From a candidate division WWE3 bacterium (GTDB taxonomy: Bacteria > Patescibacteriota > WWE3 > UBA101185 > UBA10185): a stretch of 51,901 nt of DNA. Location: the NCBI GenBank assembly GCA_003599255.1, contig QZJF01000012.1:1-51901 (forward strand). Direction: 5' to 3'. Positions 9,141-17,766 of the stretch are shown piece by piece (positions within the stretch are counted from its first letter, which is position 1; each line of letters begins with the position of its first letter). The notes beneath the pieces are model-generated. The model did not search any database, was not told the origin of the DNA, and was given only the letters and a program-made list of their open reading frames with translations. The position numbers and the translations under genes were made by a program.

Positions 9141-10625
9141 ATGGAAACTGCCCCTCCTTCTTGGAATAATGAAGACATTCTAAGCTTAATTGTCGAGCAA
9201 ACTACCGATATGGTGGCTATCCATACTTTTGATTGGGTATTTTTATATGTCTCTCCTTCTTCAAGACTACTACTGGGTTACGAACCTGACGAGCTTTTAA
9301 ACAAATCGGCCTTCGAACTTTTTCACCCGGATGACTTAAAAAAAATATCCTCGCACGAGACAAGTGATGTAAACGACCAAAAAATCCACACTATTACATA
9401 CAGAATTAAAAGGAAAGGTGGGGGATACGTTTGGTTTGAAACAACAGTAAAACCAATAAAAGATCTTCGCCTGGGAAACGAGCTAAGACTTATCACTGTA
9501 TCACGCGATGTCACATCCAGAAAAAACTCGGAAGAAATGGTAAAAAAGTTTGTACAGGCGGTTGAAAGCGCGTCAGACTCAATAGTTATGGCCAATTCCG
9601 AGGGAATAATTATGTACACTAATCCGGCAATATATAATATGACCGGGTACAAACCACCTGAAGTCATTGGTAAACATGCCAATTTTATATGGGAAGGAAC
9701 AATGGACAAAATTTTCCTGACCTCATTGTGGCACAATCTTAGAGAAGAAAAGAAACCATTTAACGGAGAGATCACAAACGTAAGAAAAGACGGAATGAGA
9801 TACGTCTCCGATACGCACATTACTCCGATATTAGATGAGAAGAAGGATGTTTCATTTTACGTCGGCATAGCAAGAGATATCACCAAAGCAAAAGAGGTGG
9901 ATAGAATGAAAACCGAATTTATTTCACTGGCATCTCATCAACTCAGAACTCCGCTGACATCCATGAAATGGCGACTTGAAATGCTGCTAAAAGGTGAAGA
10001 AGGAAATATTAATGACAAACAAAAGGAATATCTTTTAAACATAAACGGCACAAATGAAAGAATGATTGATCTGGTAAATTCACTATTAAACATTTCCAGG
10101 ATAGAATCGGGCCGACTTATTATTGATTCCAAACCCACTTCCTTGACGGATTTAATGCTTTCTGCTATCGACGAAGTCTCTAACAAAGCCAAGGACAAGC
10201 AGATCCGTATAATAAAAGATTTTCAGGAGGCTCTTCCTGTTATTAGCGTGGATCCAAAACTTTTAAGAAATGTTTACATTAATCTGCTTACGAACGCTAT
10301 TAAGTACACCAAAGAAAAAGGTGCAATTGAAGTGCGTATTTATGAGGACAACAACATGATACTTACGCAAGTTGCGGACAACGGTTACGGCATTCCAAAG
10401 AGTGACCAGGACAAAATCTTCCAGAAATTCTACCGCGCAGATAATATAAAAAAGGTGGAAACCGACGGCACGGGCTTGGGACTATACTTAACAAAAGCAA
10501 TAATAGAGGCTTCAAACGGAAAAATATGGTTTGAAAGTGAAGAAAATAAAGGAACAAGTTTTTATGTAGCACTTAGCAGATCCGGAATGGAGCCCAAAAA
10601 GGGCGAGGTATCAATTACGGTTTAA
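9141..10625 (+). CDS. Cytoplasmic double-PAS sensor histidine kinase
   Basis: PAS (HPDD...VWFET), a second PAS/PAC, H-box ASHQLRTPL, NLLTNAIKYT, GTGLGL; no TM segment. Confidence 0.95.
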   Translation: METAPPSWNNEDILSLIVEQTTDMVAIHTFDWVFLYVSPSSRLLLGYEPDELLNKSAFELFHPDDLKKISSHETSDVNDQKIHTITYRIKRKGGGYVWFETTVKPIKDLRLGNELRLITVSRDVTSRKNSEEMVKKFVQAVESASDSIVMANSEGIIMYTNPAIYNMTGYKPPEVIGKHANFIWEGTMDKIFLTSLWHNLREEKKPFNGEITNVRKDGMRYVSDTHITPILDEKKDVSFYVGIARDITKAKEVDRMKTEFISLASHQLRTPLTSMKWRLEMLLKGEEGNINDKQKEYLLNINGTNERMIDLVNSLLNISRIESGRLIIDSKPTSLTDLMLSAIDEVSNKAKDKQIRIIKDFQEALPVISVDPKLLRNVYINLLTNAIKYTKEKGAIEVRIYEDNNMILTQVADNGYGIPKSDQDKIFQKFYRADNIKKVETDGTGLGLYLTKAIIEASNGKIWFESEENKGTSFYVALSRSGMEPKKGEVSITV

Positions 10626-10643
10626 TTAATTTATAATTAAATT

Positions 10644-11078
10644 ATGGATGACAATAAAAGAGAACAGAAATGTATTTTGGTCGTAGAAGATGACCCTGAC
10701 TTCGTAAAAATAATCACAGAAAAACTGGAAAAAAACAATATAAGAGTAGTAAATGCAAAAACGGCAGATGAGAGTATGGAACTTCTAAAAAATAATCACG
10801 TTGATTTAATTTGGCTGGATCATTATTTGGTAGGTGATAAGACCGGTTACGATTTTGTAACATCAGTAAAGAATGACTCAAAGTACAGAAAAATTCCAAT
10901 ATTTTTGGTCACAAATTACGATGATTACGGAAACACGGTTGTTTTTATGGAAAAACTGGAACATGAAGAAAATCCAAAAACATATGTAGAATTTGGAATA
11001 GATAAGTACTTTGTAAAGTCCAACAGCAGTCTTGATACAATCCTTGAAGAGGTTAAGAAATACTTGAAAATTGAGTAA
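10644..11078 (+). CDS. Stand-alone response regulator receiver
   Basis: LVVEDD, LIWLD, LVTN, YFVK; no output domain. Confidence 0.9.
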   Translation: MDDNKREQKCILVVEDDPDFVKIITEKLEKNNIRVVNAKTADESMELLKNNHVDLIWLDHYLVGDKTGYDFVTSVKNDSKYRKIPIFLVTNYDDYGNTVVFMEKLEHEENPKTYVEFGIDKYFVKSNSSLDTILEEVKKYLKIE

Positions 11079-11081
11079 GTT

Positions 11082-11576
11082 ATGAGAAGAAAAAAAATCT
11101 TTCCTGATTATGTCAGAAATATAGTGTTTGGAGCTGAAGACAGTCTGGTGTCCACTGTAGGTGTGCTATTCGGACTTGCAAGTTCAAATGAATACACTTT
11201 GGCTCAGTTAATGCTTGTTGGGGTTACGCTGACGTCAGTAGAGGCTTTATCCATGGGGGTAGGTTCATATCTTTCCGAAACCGAGATTCATGAACTTGAT
11301 CACAGCGGTAATCATAAAGATTCTCCGATAATTGGGGGATTATTGATGTATTTTTCTTATCTGATTTTTGGAATTGTTGTTCTTGCTCCGTATCTGCTAT
11401 TCGGAATTCCAACAGGTAAATTTGTTTCGATAATATTAACGTTTATATCCTTATATTTTGTCGGATATTTTCCTACGAAAAGTATCAGAGAGGGCTTACG
11501 GATGTTTATTGTTGCAGGAATAGCAATTATTGTAGGATTCACGGTTACAAAAATTTTTGAGAATGTAAAATTTTAA
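11082..11576 (+). CDS. VIT1/CCC1 family transporter
   Basis: IVFGAEDSLVST and ALSMGVGSYLSE motifs; several TM segments. Confidence 0.88.
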   Translation: MRRKKIFPDYVRNIVFGAEDSLVSTVGVLFGLASSNEYTLAQLMLVGVTLTSVEALSMGVGSYLSETEIHELDHSGNHKDSPIIGGLLMYFSYLIFGIVVLAPYLLFGIPTGKFVSIILTFISLYFVGYFPTKSIREGLRMFIVAGIAIIVGFTVTKIFENVKF

Positions 11577-11587
11577 GATAGAATATT

Positions 11588-12346
11588 ATGAGCATGCCCA
11601 CACGTGATGAGATAACCACACTTTTTGATACTGAAGAGAAAGACATCAACTCAAATCTTGTTAAGAAATTAACCGCATTGCGCTTCAACTCCAAGAAAAT
11701 CAGATCTTTTGTTGCAAAAAAATATCTAGAAGCCAAAGCTGATTTCCAAAAGGGTACTTTTGCGTATAAATGGGTTATCACATCACTGGTTCTTTTTTCC
11801 ATTACCTCCGTTGTCACAATAATTTATCCGGTAAAGATCAGTCCGAAACTCAATCACAAATATTCCATATATGCGTCTCGCCCACTTACTTTCGGTAATA
11901 GCGAGTATGAGATATATTCCAAAGATTCGCGCTCTCAAAAGATCAACGAAATATTTAAAGAATTTAATTGCCCGCTTGAAGGTTTAGGTGAAATATTTGT
12001 TTACGAAGCGGATAAAAACCACATACCCTGGTGGATCACGGCTGCAATTGCATTTCAGGAGTCAAGCTGCGGAAAAATGACACCGGAACCTGAGGGTATT
12101 GAATCATATAACGCTTGGGGATGGGGAGTATACGGTGAGAATGTACAAAGCTTTGATAATTGGGTAAGGGGAGTAGAAACCGTATCGGAATATCTCAGAG
12201 AAAGATTTTACTCAAAAAATATTAAAGATCCCTGCGACATAATGAAAGTATATACACCTCCATCAAAGGGCTCCTGGTGTGAGGGCGTAAATTATTTTGG
12301 GGATATGATACAAAACTATAAAACTCCTGTTAGTAATGACCTATAG
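11588..12346 (+). CDS. Membrane-anchored lysozyme-like (glucosaminidase/GH73-like) protein
   Basis: AIAFQESSCGK...YNAWGWG...YTPP after a TM helix. Confidence 0.6.
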   Translation: MSMPTRDEITTLFDTEEKDINSNLVKKLTALRFNSKKIRSFVAKKYLEAKADFQKGTFAYKWVITSLVLFSITSVVTIIYPVKISPKLNHKYSIYASRPLTFGNSEYEIYSKDSRSQKINEIFKEFNCPLEGLGEIFVYEADKNHIPWWITAAIAFQESSCGKMTPEPEGIESYNAWGWGVYGENVQSFDNWVRGVETVSEYLRERFYSKNIKDPCDIMKVYTPPSKGSWCEGVNYFGDMIQNYKTPVSNDL

Positions 12347-12349
12347 CGT

Positions 12350-12378
12350 TTGACCTCGGGGAAATTTACTGCTATAAT
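12350..12378 (+). promoter_or_regulatory. sigma70 promoter TTGACC-N17-TATAAT
   Basis: Near-consensus boxes with 17-nt spacer, 7 nt upstream of ATG 12386. Confidence 0.75.
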
Positions 12379-12385
12379 GGGCGTC

Positions 12386-12940
12386 ATGCCAAAAAATATT
12401 AAAGCTTTTGGCGCTTTTTTTGCTCCCGCTTTATTTATTGTTATAACAGCATTAATAGGCGGTCAACTTGAAAAAGAGGCTGTAGCAAAGGAAAACTTTG
12501 TAGCCACTATTTCAGGCGATATTGAAGCCAAAAGAATAGATAGAGAATTGATTTTGACCAGGTTCTTTGAAAAGTACAACTCTCCTTTAATGCCTCATGT
12601 TAAGACCTTTGTAGAGGTAGCAGACAAGTATAAGATTGACTTTAGACTTTTGCCTGCTATTTCGTGTATAGAGTCCTCTTGTGGAAAGAGACTAATACCT
12701 GGGTCTTACAACCCTTTTGGATGGGGAATATATGGTGATAATGTTATAAGATTTGTATCTTATGACGAAGCTATAGAGAAAGTAGGTGAAGGCTTGAACA
12801 AAGGTTATTTTGCCAAGGGTTTAAATACTCCTGAGAAAATAGCCCCGGTTTACACACCTCCTTCCCATGTCCATTGGTTAGGGAAAGTTAAGTACTTCAT
12901 GAACGAAATGGATCAGATTCAAGAATCTCTTGAAATCTAA
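12386..12940 (+). CDS. Lysozyme-like (glucosaminidase/GH73-like) protein, tandem paralog
   Basis: PAISCIESSCGK...YNPFGWG...YTPP. Start moved to ATG 12386 because the ORF-track start lies inside the promoter. Confidence 0.6.
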   Translation: MPKNIKAFGAFFAPALFIVITALIGGQLEKEAVAKENFVATISGDIEAKRIDRELILTRFFEKYNSPLMPHVKTFVEVADKYKIDFRLLPAISCIESSCGKRLIPGSYNPFGWGIYGDNVIRFVSYDEAIEKVGEGLNKGYFAKGLNTPEKIAPVYTPPSHVHWLGKVKYFMNEMDQIQESLEI

Positions 12941-12962
12941 AAATTAAATAGTTAGTCGAACA

Positions 12963-12998
12963 AGTACCGGTCTGCGAAAGTAGACCGGTATTTTGTTT
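12963..12998 (+). terminator. Intrinsic terminator
   Basis: TACCGGTCT...AGACCGGTA stem followed by TTTTGTTT. Confidence 0.85.
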
Positions 12999-13037
12999 GT
13001 TAACAAGTGGTAAAATAGTTTGTGAGTTTATAGGCTC

Positions 13038-13122
13038 GGGCGAGTGGCGGAATTGGCATACGCGTATGGCTTAGAACCATATGCCGCAAGGCTTGGAGGT
13101 TCGAGTCCTCTCTCGCCCACCA
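13038..13122 (+). tRNA. tRNA-Leu(TAG)
   Basis: Acceptor stem GGGCGAG/CTCGCCC, anticodon arm TATGG-CTTAGAA-CCATA, variable arm GCC-GCAA-GGC, CCA. Confidence 0.95.
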
Positions 13123-13215
13123 TAAAAGCTCAACTTATTTAATCCTCTTTTATCTAGAAAGGTTTTACCACTGTATAGATACTAGGCAGCAAAATATAAA
13201 TTTTTTTTCTACAAA

Positions 13216-13545
13216 TTAATTTTCAGTAGGTGAGGGAATTCCATCATATTGCTTAACACACTTCAGAAATTCATCAAATTCTTTGCTATCTAAGCTTACA
13301 CTTGCAGACTCCGCCCCTATATCACCTTGAAAATCCAAACATTTTGTCTTATCAAACTCGTTTAACTTGTATGTTGTTTTTCTATCAACCGTATATTCAC
13401 AATTACATCCATAACAACTAAAACAAGCAACAGGATTAAACTGAACTAAATGATTATCTGAATTCTTGTTTTTTGTAACTGTCGCCACCAAATAGATCGA
13501 TATAGGTATCCCGAGTAATAGCAACAAAGTGATTATTTTCTTCAC
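13216..13545 (-). CDS. Small exported Cys-rich hypothetical protein
   Basis: GTG start 6 nt after TATAAT, KKIITLLLLLG anchor, CFSCYGCNC cluster. Confidence 0.6.
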   Translation of the reverse strand: MKKIITLLLLLGIPISIYLVATVTKNKNSDNHLVQFNPVACFSCYGCNCEYTVDRKTTYKLNEFDKTKCLDFQGDIGAESASVSLDSKEFDEFLKCVKQYDGIPSPTEN

Positions 13546-13595
13546 GATTGAATTATACGATAGTTCGCACATCCTGACAGATAACCCACCAAAGT

Positions 13596-14171
13596 TTATT
13601 TCTTTTCAAAATCCTCCCGCGTAAGCTCGCGCGGGGCTTTTCCTGGGTCACCATCCTGCAAGATAGTCCTCCAGTTGCCTAAATGATCTCTCAATTTTTC
13701 ATTCAAAATGTCCTTGGCTTCTTCAATATTTTTTGGCTGGTCTCTTTCCTGGGAGGATTCTACAAAGATGCCGGTTATGTGGTGTCGAACCCGTGCTCCG
13801 GAACTAACTTTGTTTACATTTTGTCCGCCGGCACCGCCTGACCTAAAAGTTTCAACTTTTAAATCCGATTCATCTATATCAACCTCGCCAGTTTGCAAGC
13901 ACAAATTTACCCAGGCAATGTAATCTCCCAAACATTGTTCAGTCTCTTGAGGGGATTTGCCTCTGACTAAGTTTTCAACTACTCCGGCAACTGCATTTAT
14001 TGATTCTTCATGTCTATTGCGCATTGCCTCTTCTTTATGACGATTTCTCGCCGCTTGTGATGTTTTACTTGTGGGACTACGTTCTTTCTTTTTCCCACCA
14101 CTGCCACCACCGGTCTTTCCGGGAAATAATTCGTCTTCTATTCCGTAGTAATCTTCTGGGTTTAGTGTCAT
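13596..14171 (-). CDS. Peptide chain release factor-like (GGQ, RF-1 domain) protein
   Basis: DLKVETFRSGGAGGQNVNKVSSGARVRH...ERDQPKN. Start uncertain (ATG 14171 preferred; ORF open to 14273). Confidence 0.85.
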   Translation of the reverse strand: MTLNPEDYYGIEDELFPGKTGGGSGGKKKERSPTSKTSQAARNRHKEEAMRNRHEESINAVAGVVENLVRGKSPQETEQCLGDYIAWVNLCLQTGEVDIDESDLKVETFRSGGAGGQNVNKVSSGARVRHHITGIFVESSQERDQPKNIEEAKDILNEKLRDHLGNWRTILQDGDPGKAPRELTREDFEKK

Positions 14172-14202
14172 CTTTTTTGTGTGAGTAAGGAAACTCCCGG
14201 TT

Positions 14203-14361
14203 TTAACTTCCTGAAGTTTCCTTAATTTCATCCGCTTCTGCGGTCTTGGCTGATTCATTGGGCGATTCCTCACTTTTTACAAGAGAAAGAGCCCATTCAA
14301 GCAAGTCCGACATAGCGGAAAGCAATAAACGCGGTGCAGTACTCCGATTGCGGTTATCCAT
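14203..14361 (-). CDS. Small 52-aa ORF, not in the ORF track
   Basis: MDNRNRSTAPRLLLSAMSDLLEWALSLVKSEESPNESAKTAEADEIKETSGS; its ATG overlaps the upstream stop (ATGGATAA). Confidence 0.4.
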   Translation of the reverse strand: MDNRNRSTAPRLLLSAMSDLLEWALSLVKSEESPNESAKTAEADEIKETSGS

Positions 14362-15529
14362 TGCTTCTTATATCCTTTCTTCTTTCTAATACTTCAAAAG
14401 CATGATCGAGTTTGGCTTTCAAATGGTCTTGCATCTCTGCATCTTCAAAAAATTTGGAAAGCGGAACCCTCACTGAAAGGCACATATTACCTCGTTGGGC
14501 AAATTCTATTAGACTCCTCGGAGTTTTGCAACTTTCCAGATCTACAGTACCTCCGGAATCTCTAAAAGTAAAAGGGGTTTCCTCTTCTCCTTTACCGATG
14601 GCCACAACATCCAGATATCCCGAAGTCTTGATATCAAGATAAAAAGTATTGTTTCCCCCGTACACTTTTAAATCAAAGCCGTTAAGTGCATCTTCCCTGG
14701 AGTCTGAGGTGTCAACCTGATGATCCATGCGTTCCTCTATAAACTTCTTCACTACAGCTTCACAGGCACATCCGCTCATCACTTCATTAAATGCTCTTTG
14801 GTAGTTGTAGATTTCCGGAAGATTGGCGGATACTTCCTGTCCAATTTGAATAAGGTGCTCCTGATCGTCAAAACTTTTCATTCTTTCATCCATTGTATCT
14901 GCTACAGCTCCTACAACCCTGGCATAACCCACCTTGGCACCCATGGGCCATGATTCATAAGGTGCGTCACTATTGATAATCTGTGTATCAATCAGCCATC
15001 TTACAGCGGAATTTACTAAGATTTTAGTAGCAGCTTCCGTTCGGGACGGTTCATCCAGTGACTCCATCCATTCAAGTATCTTTTTTAGACCAACGGCATG
15101 TCGCAACATGTACCTGTGTGCCGTAGATCTCTTATCCTCGTTTTTTGTCAACTCACGTGTAAGGCTTTTATTTTCAGAACTCATCCATTTTTCATATGTG
15201 GAAACAACATGCTGAGCAGATTCAGGTTTGGCCTCCTGTTTTAAAACTTCGTACAAAACAACAGGGCTATCCAGGTTAATCAACTCAACTACCTCGACCT
15301 CACTAAGCCGTGTGATCATATCCTGCGATAAGCTAAAATTTGTCCACTCCTCGCGCGGCATTTCTACAATAGATTCAACTGTAAACTCAGTTGGTACAAC
15401 TGCACTTGTACTCTTGGGAATAGGATTCTTAGGTGTAAACTTAGGGTCATTTTCTACTCCGGCAGCTAAAGTCGTAATGTTTTCCTGAAATTCAAGTAGT
15501 TCTCTGGGCAACTGGGTTTCAACAGGCAT
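14354..15529 (-). CDS. Hypothetical protein with a C-terminal PD-(D/E)xK nuclease-like domain
   Basis: GCACEAVV...DALNGFDLKV...FYLDIKTS gives an E..D..DxK catalytic pattern; TGnTAAACT 6 nt before the ATG. Confidence 0.6.
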   Translation of the reverse strand: MPVETQLPRELLEFQENITTLAAGVENDPKFTPKNPIPKSTSAVVPTEFTVESIVEMPREEWTNFSLSQDMITRLSEVEVVELINLDSPVVLYEVLKQEAKPESAQHVVSTYEKWMSSENKSLTRELTKNEDKRSTAHRYMLRHAVGLKKILEWMESLDEPSRTEAATKILVNSAVRWLIDTQIINSDAPYESWPMGAKVGYARVVGAVADTMDERMKSFDDQEHLIQIGQEVSANLPEIYNYQRAFNEVMSGCACEAVVKKFIEERMDHQVDTSDSREDALNGFDLKVYGGNNTFYLDIKTSGYLDVVAIGKGEEETPFTFRDSGGTVDLESCKTPRSLIEFAQRGNMCLSVRVPLSKFFEDAEMQDHLKAKLDHAFEVLERRKDIRSNG

Positions 15530-15568
15530 GTTTAAAGTTTAGCATAGAGAAAGAGGGGATTAATGGAT

Positions 15569-15613
15569 AAAAAAAAGGCCAGGGGAGTTGTGTAAACTCA
15601 TAATCCCTGGCCT
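15569..15613 (-). terminator. Intrinsic terminator
   Basis: AGGCCAGGG/CCCTGGCCT stem followed on the minus strand by a T run (A run at 15569-15576). Confidence 0.8.
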
Positions 15614-15622
15614 CATGGCGTT

Positions 15623-15871
15623 CTAGTCTTCGGTGTGTTCCAGCTCAACCCTGCGGTTAAACTCAGAGAGCACCAAAGCCAAGAACTCAGGAGTAGTGCC
15701 GACCCGGCGAAGCGAAGCGCTAGCGTTGAAAGTCACCTCTTCCAGTTGGGAGCGGTCCCGGAGCCGGAAAAGAACTTCCACCGTCTGCTCAACATCACCG
15801 GCGAAAACCGAATCCCACAAGGGGCCGTTTTCGAGTTCGTCCAGAGTTGTTGAAAACGTCTGGTCTGTCAT
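15623..15871 (-). CDS. Small acidic hypothetical protein
   Basis: 82 aa, strong SD AAGGAGGT, followed by a terminator. Confidence 0.7.
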   Translation of the reverse strand: MTDQTFSTTLDELENGPLWDSVFAGDVEQTVEVLFRLRDRSQLEEVTFNASASLRRVGTTPEFLALVLSEFNRRVELEHTED

Positions 15872-15881
15872 GTTACCTCCT

Positions 15882-16976
15882 TCAAGACTTGATGGTGCAC
15901 GCCGCAGGCATGAACCAACACGGATCTTCCGGAACGACGAACAACAACGGAATGAAATCCGTGATAGTTGTCGAGGTCCAGATTATTGCGGCCTCAATGG
16001 CTGCTGGAATTGAAACCTGCGCTGCAGCTGCTGCCGCGCGAAGTTGGTATCCCAGTGTCCAGTAAAGATGCCGCCAAATAGAGGGAGCATTACCGCCCCA
16101 ACTGTCCCGAATGTGTTGTGGAACCTGTGACGAATCAACGCGGACATATCCACGTCCAACCATGCGTGACATAAAACGGGCAAGCTCCTTTGCGGAATAT
16201 ACACCATGCTGCATACCTGGATTGTAGCTTGTGACCACAGCTCCGTTCTCAGCAGCAATGAATGTTCCCCAAACGCGTGCCTGGCCGGACGCCTCTACAA
16301 CACGAGTGAGAAACAGGTATTGGTCTTGCATGCCTCCGCCTCCGGCGAAATAGTAAACATCGCCGAAACCTGTTAAGCCACCCCTCACGATTTGAGCTAC
16401 CCAGGCGCTGTTCGCGCTCAGGGCATAAGGGTTTGCCATGTGGTTCGTCCAATGGAACAGCGAAAACCACATATTATCGGCGTACGGCTTTGCAGCAGCA
16501 AGAGAGGTGTAGAACGCATTCAAATCGGCCGGCGTCAATTGAGCCATCGGAATCAAGATAGTTCCGGGGTCGCCGATAGAGGATAGCTGAACATTTCCAT
16601 ACGAATCTGCGCTCAGCGATCCAAGTCCCACGTTCTCTCCGCCAGCCAGCATTGTGTCAATCGCTGTCCTGTCTTGATCACTGAGCGGTTGAACAACTAT
16701 CTGATTGGAGAGAATCGACCACTGCGCCGCCTCCATTGAAAGTACCTCCGCCTCATAATCCAGCTCGTCAACAGGTATTACAACCTGAGGAACTGAATCA
16801 GTTGGAGAATTCTCTGCGGGCTGCGCTGATGACGATGCGGCCACAACAACTTCTGGTTGGGCACTGTCAGCAATTTCTTGGCTGCCGGACCCAACATTTC
16901 CCGATTCAGTGCAAGCTGCTGAAACCAGCCAGACAAGCACTACAAAAACAATGAAAGGGGAAAAAACGCGTTTCAT
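15882..16976 (-). CDS. Putative lipoprotein or secreted protein of unknown function
   Basis: SD AAGGAG before MKRVF; signal-like segment ending LVSAAC, then an S/A/P/E-rich linker; GC-rich. Confidence 0.7.
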   Translation of the reverse strand: MKRVFSPFIVFVVLVWLVSAACTESGNVGSGSQEIADSAQPEVVVAASSSAQPAENSPTDSVPQVVIPVDELDYEAEVLSMEAAQWSILSNQIVVQPLSDQDRTAIDTMLAGGENVGLGSLSADSYGNVQLSSIGDPGTILIPMAQLTPADLNAFYTSLAAAKPYADNMWFSLFHWTNHMANPYALSANSAWVAQIVRGGLTGFGDVYYFAGGGGMQDQYLFLTRVVEASGQARVWGTFIAAENGAVVTSYNPGMQHGVYSAKELARFMSRMVGRGYVRVDSSQVPQHIRDSWGGNAPSIWRHLYWTLGYQLRAAAAAAQVSIPAAIEAAIIWTSTTITDFIPLLFVVPEDPCWFMPAACTIKS

Positions 16977-17019
16977 GTCTACTCCTTTTTTGGTTGTTAT
17001 TGTACGAGTACGATAGCGT

Positions 17020-17048
17020 ATTATATCAGGTTTCTCGCGATCTGACAA
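17020..17048 (-). promoter_or_regulatory. sigma70 promoter TTGTCA-N17-TATAAT
   Basis: Near-consensus boxes with 17-nt spacing upstream of ATG 16976. Confidence 0.75.
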
Positions 17049-17109
17049 CCTATAGCACCCTTACAGCGGGCGTCTGATATAATGCTTGAGCTGTCCAAAA
17101 ATCAGCAAA

Positions 17110-17751
17110 ATGAAACAAGGTATTCTTGTAGCCTTTTTTATTGCAAGTACAATCTATAACTCTGCCTCAATCTCACATGAAGAAAAAGCTGTAACCTCGC
17201 AGCCGTTGCATTATTTAGTAAATACAGACACAAACATACTTTTAAACGTTCCTTATGTACACCAGGTCGATGATCTTCCCGAAGACAAAAAACCACAAAT
17301 TATGGCTTCGGCATGCGGACCCACGGCAATAAATATGATTCTTAAGTACATAGGGGAGGACATAGATTTATACTCAGTTATAGAGAGATTACCTGACAGT
17401 GTGTACATTAAAGGCAAGATGTTTTACAACTTATACGAGGGACCCGGATATTTTGGCAAGGAAACTAAAAGAATATCAAAAGATCCTCAAGCCATATACC
17501 AGGCATTAAAAGACAGAAACCCCATTATACTTAACATACAAAACTACAACGGAATGATTGGACATGCTGTGGTTATTGTGGGAATAAGAAACTTCGATGG
17601 AAAAACAGCTGAGTCATTAATAGTGCATGATCCCTATGTCGGGCCATACAGAGAATTTAAATACATAAATGAAACAACAATAAAACAGCCCGAGGGTTTT
17701 AATAACTACATTGGAATTTTAGACCCATTCTACGTAGTAAATTCCGATTAA
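17110..17751 (+). CDS. C39-like (papain-fold) cysteine peptidase, exported
   Basis: LNVPYVHQ, ACGPTA (Cys), GHAVVIVG (His), HDPY (Asp). Confidence 0.85.
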   Translation: MKQGILVAFFIASTIYNSASISHEEKAVTSQPLHYLVNTDTNILLNVPYVHQVDDLPEDKKPQIMASACGPTAINMILKYIGEDIDLYSVIERLPDSVYIKGKMFYNLYEGPGYFGKETKRISKDPQAIYQALKDRNPIILNIQNYNGMIGHAVVIVGIRNFDGKTAESLIVHDPYVGPYREFKYINETTIKQPEGFNNYIGILDPFYVVNSD

Positions 17752-17766
17752 TGATAGAATTTTATA

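Noticed and set aside
13123-17085. Integrated element or prophage at tRNA-Leu(TAG)
   Set aside because: No integrase, transposase or phage gene, and I found no repeat of the tRNA 3' end at the far side. Treated only as an accessory patch.
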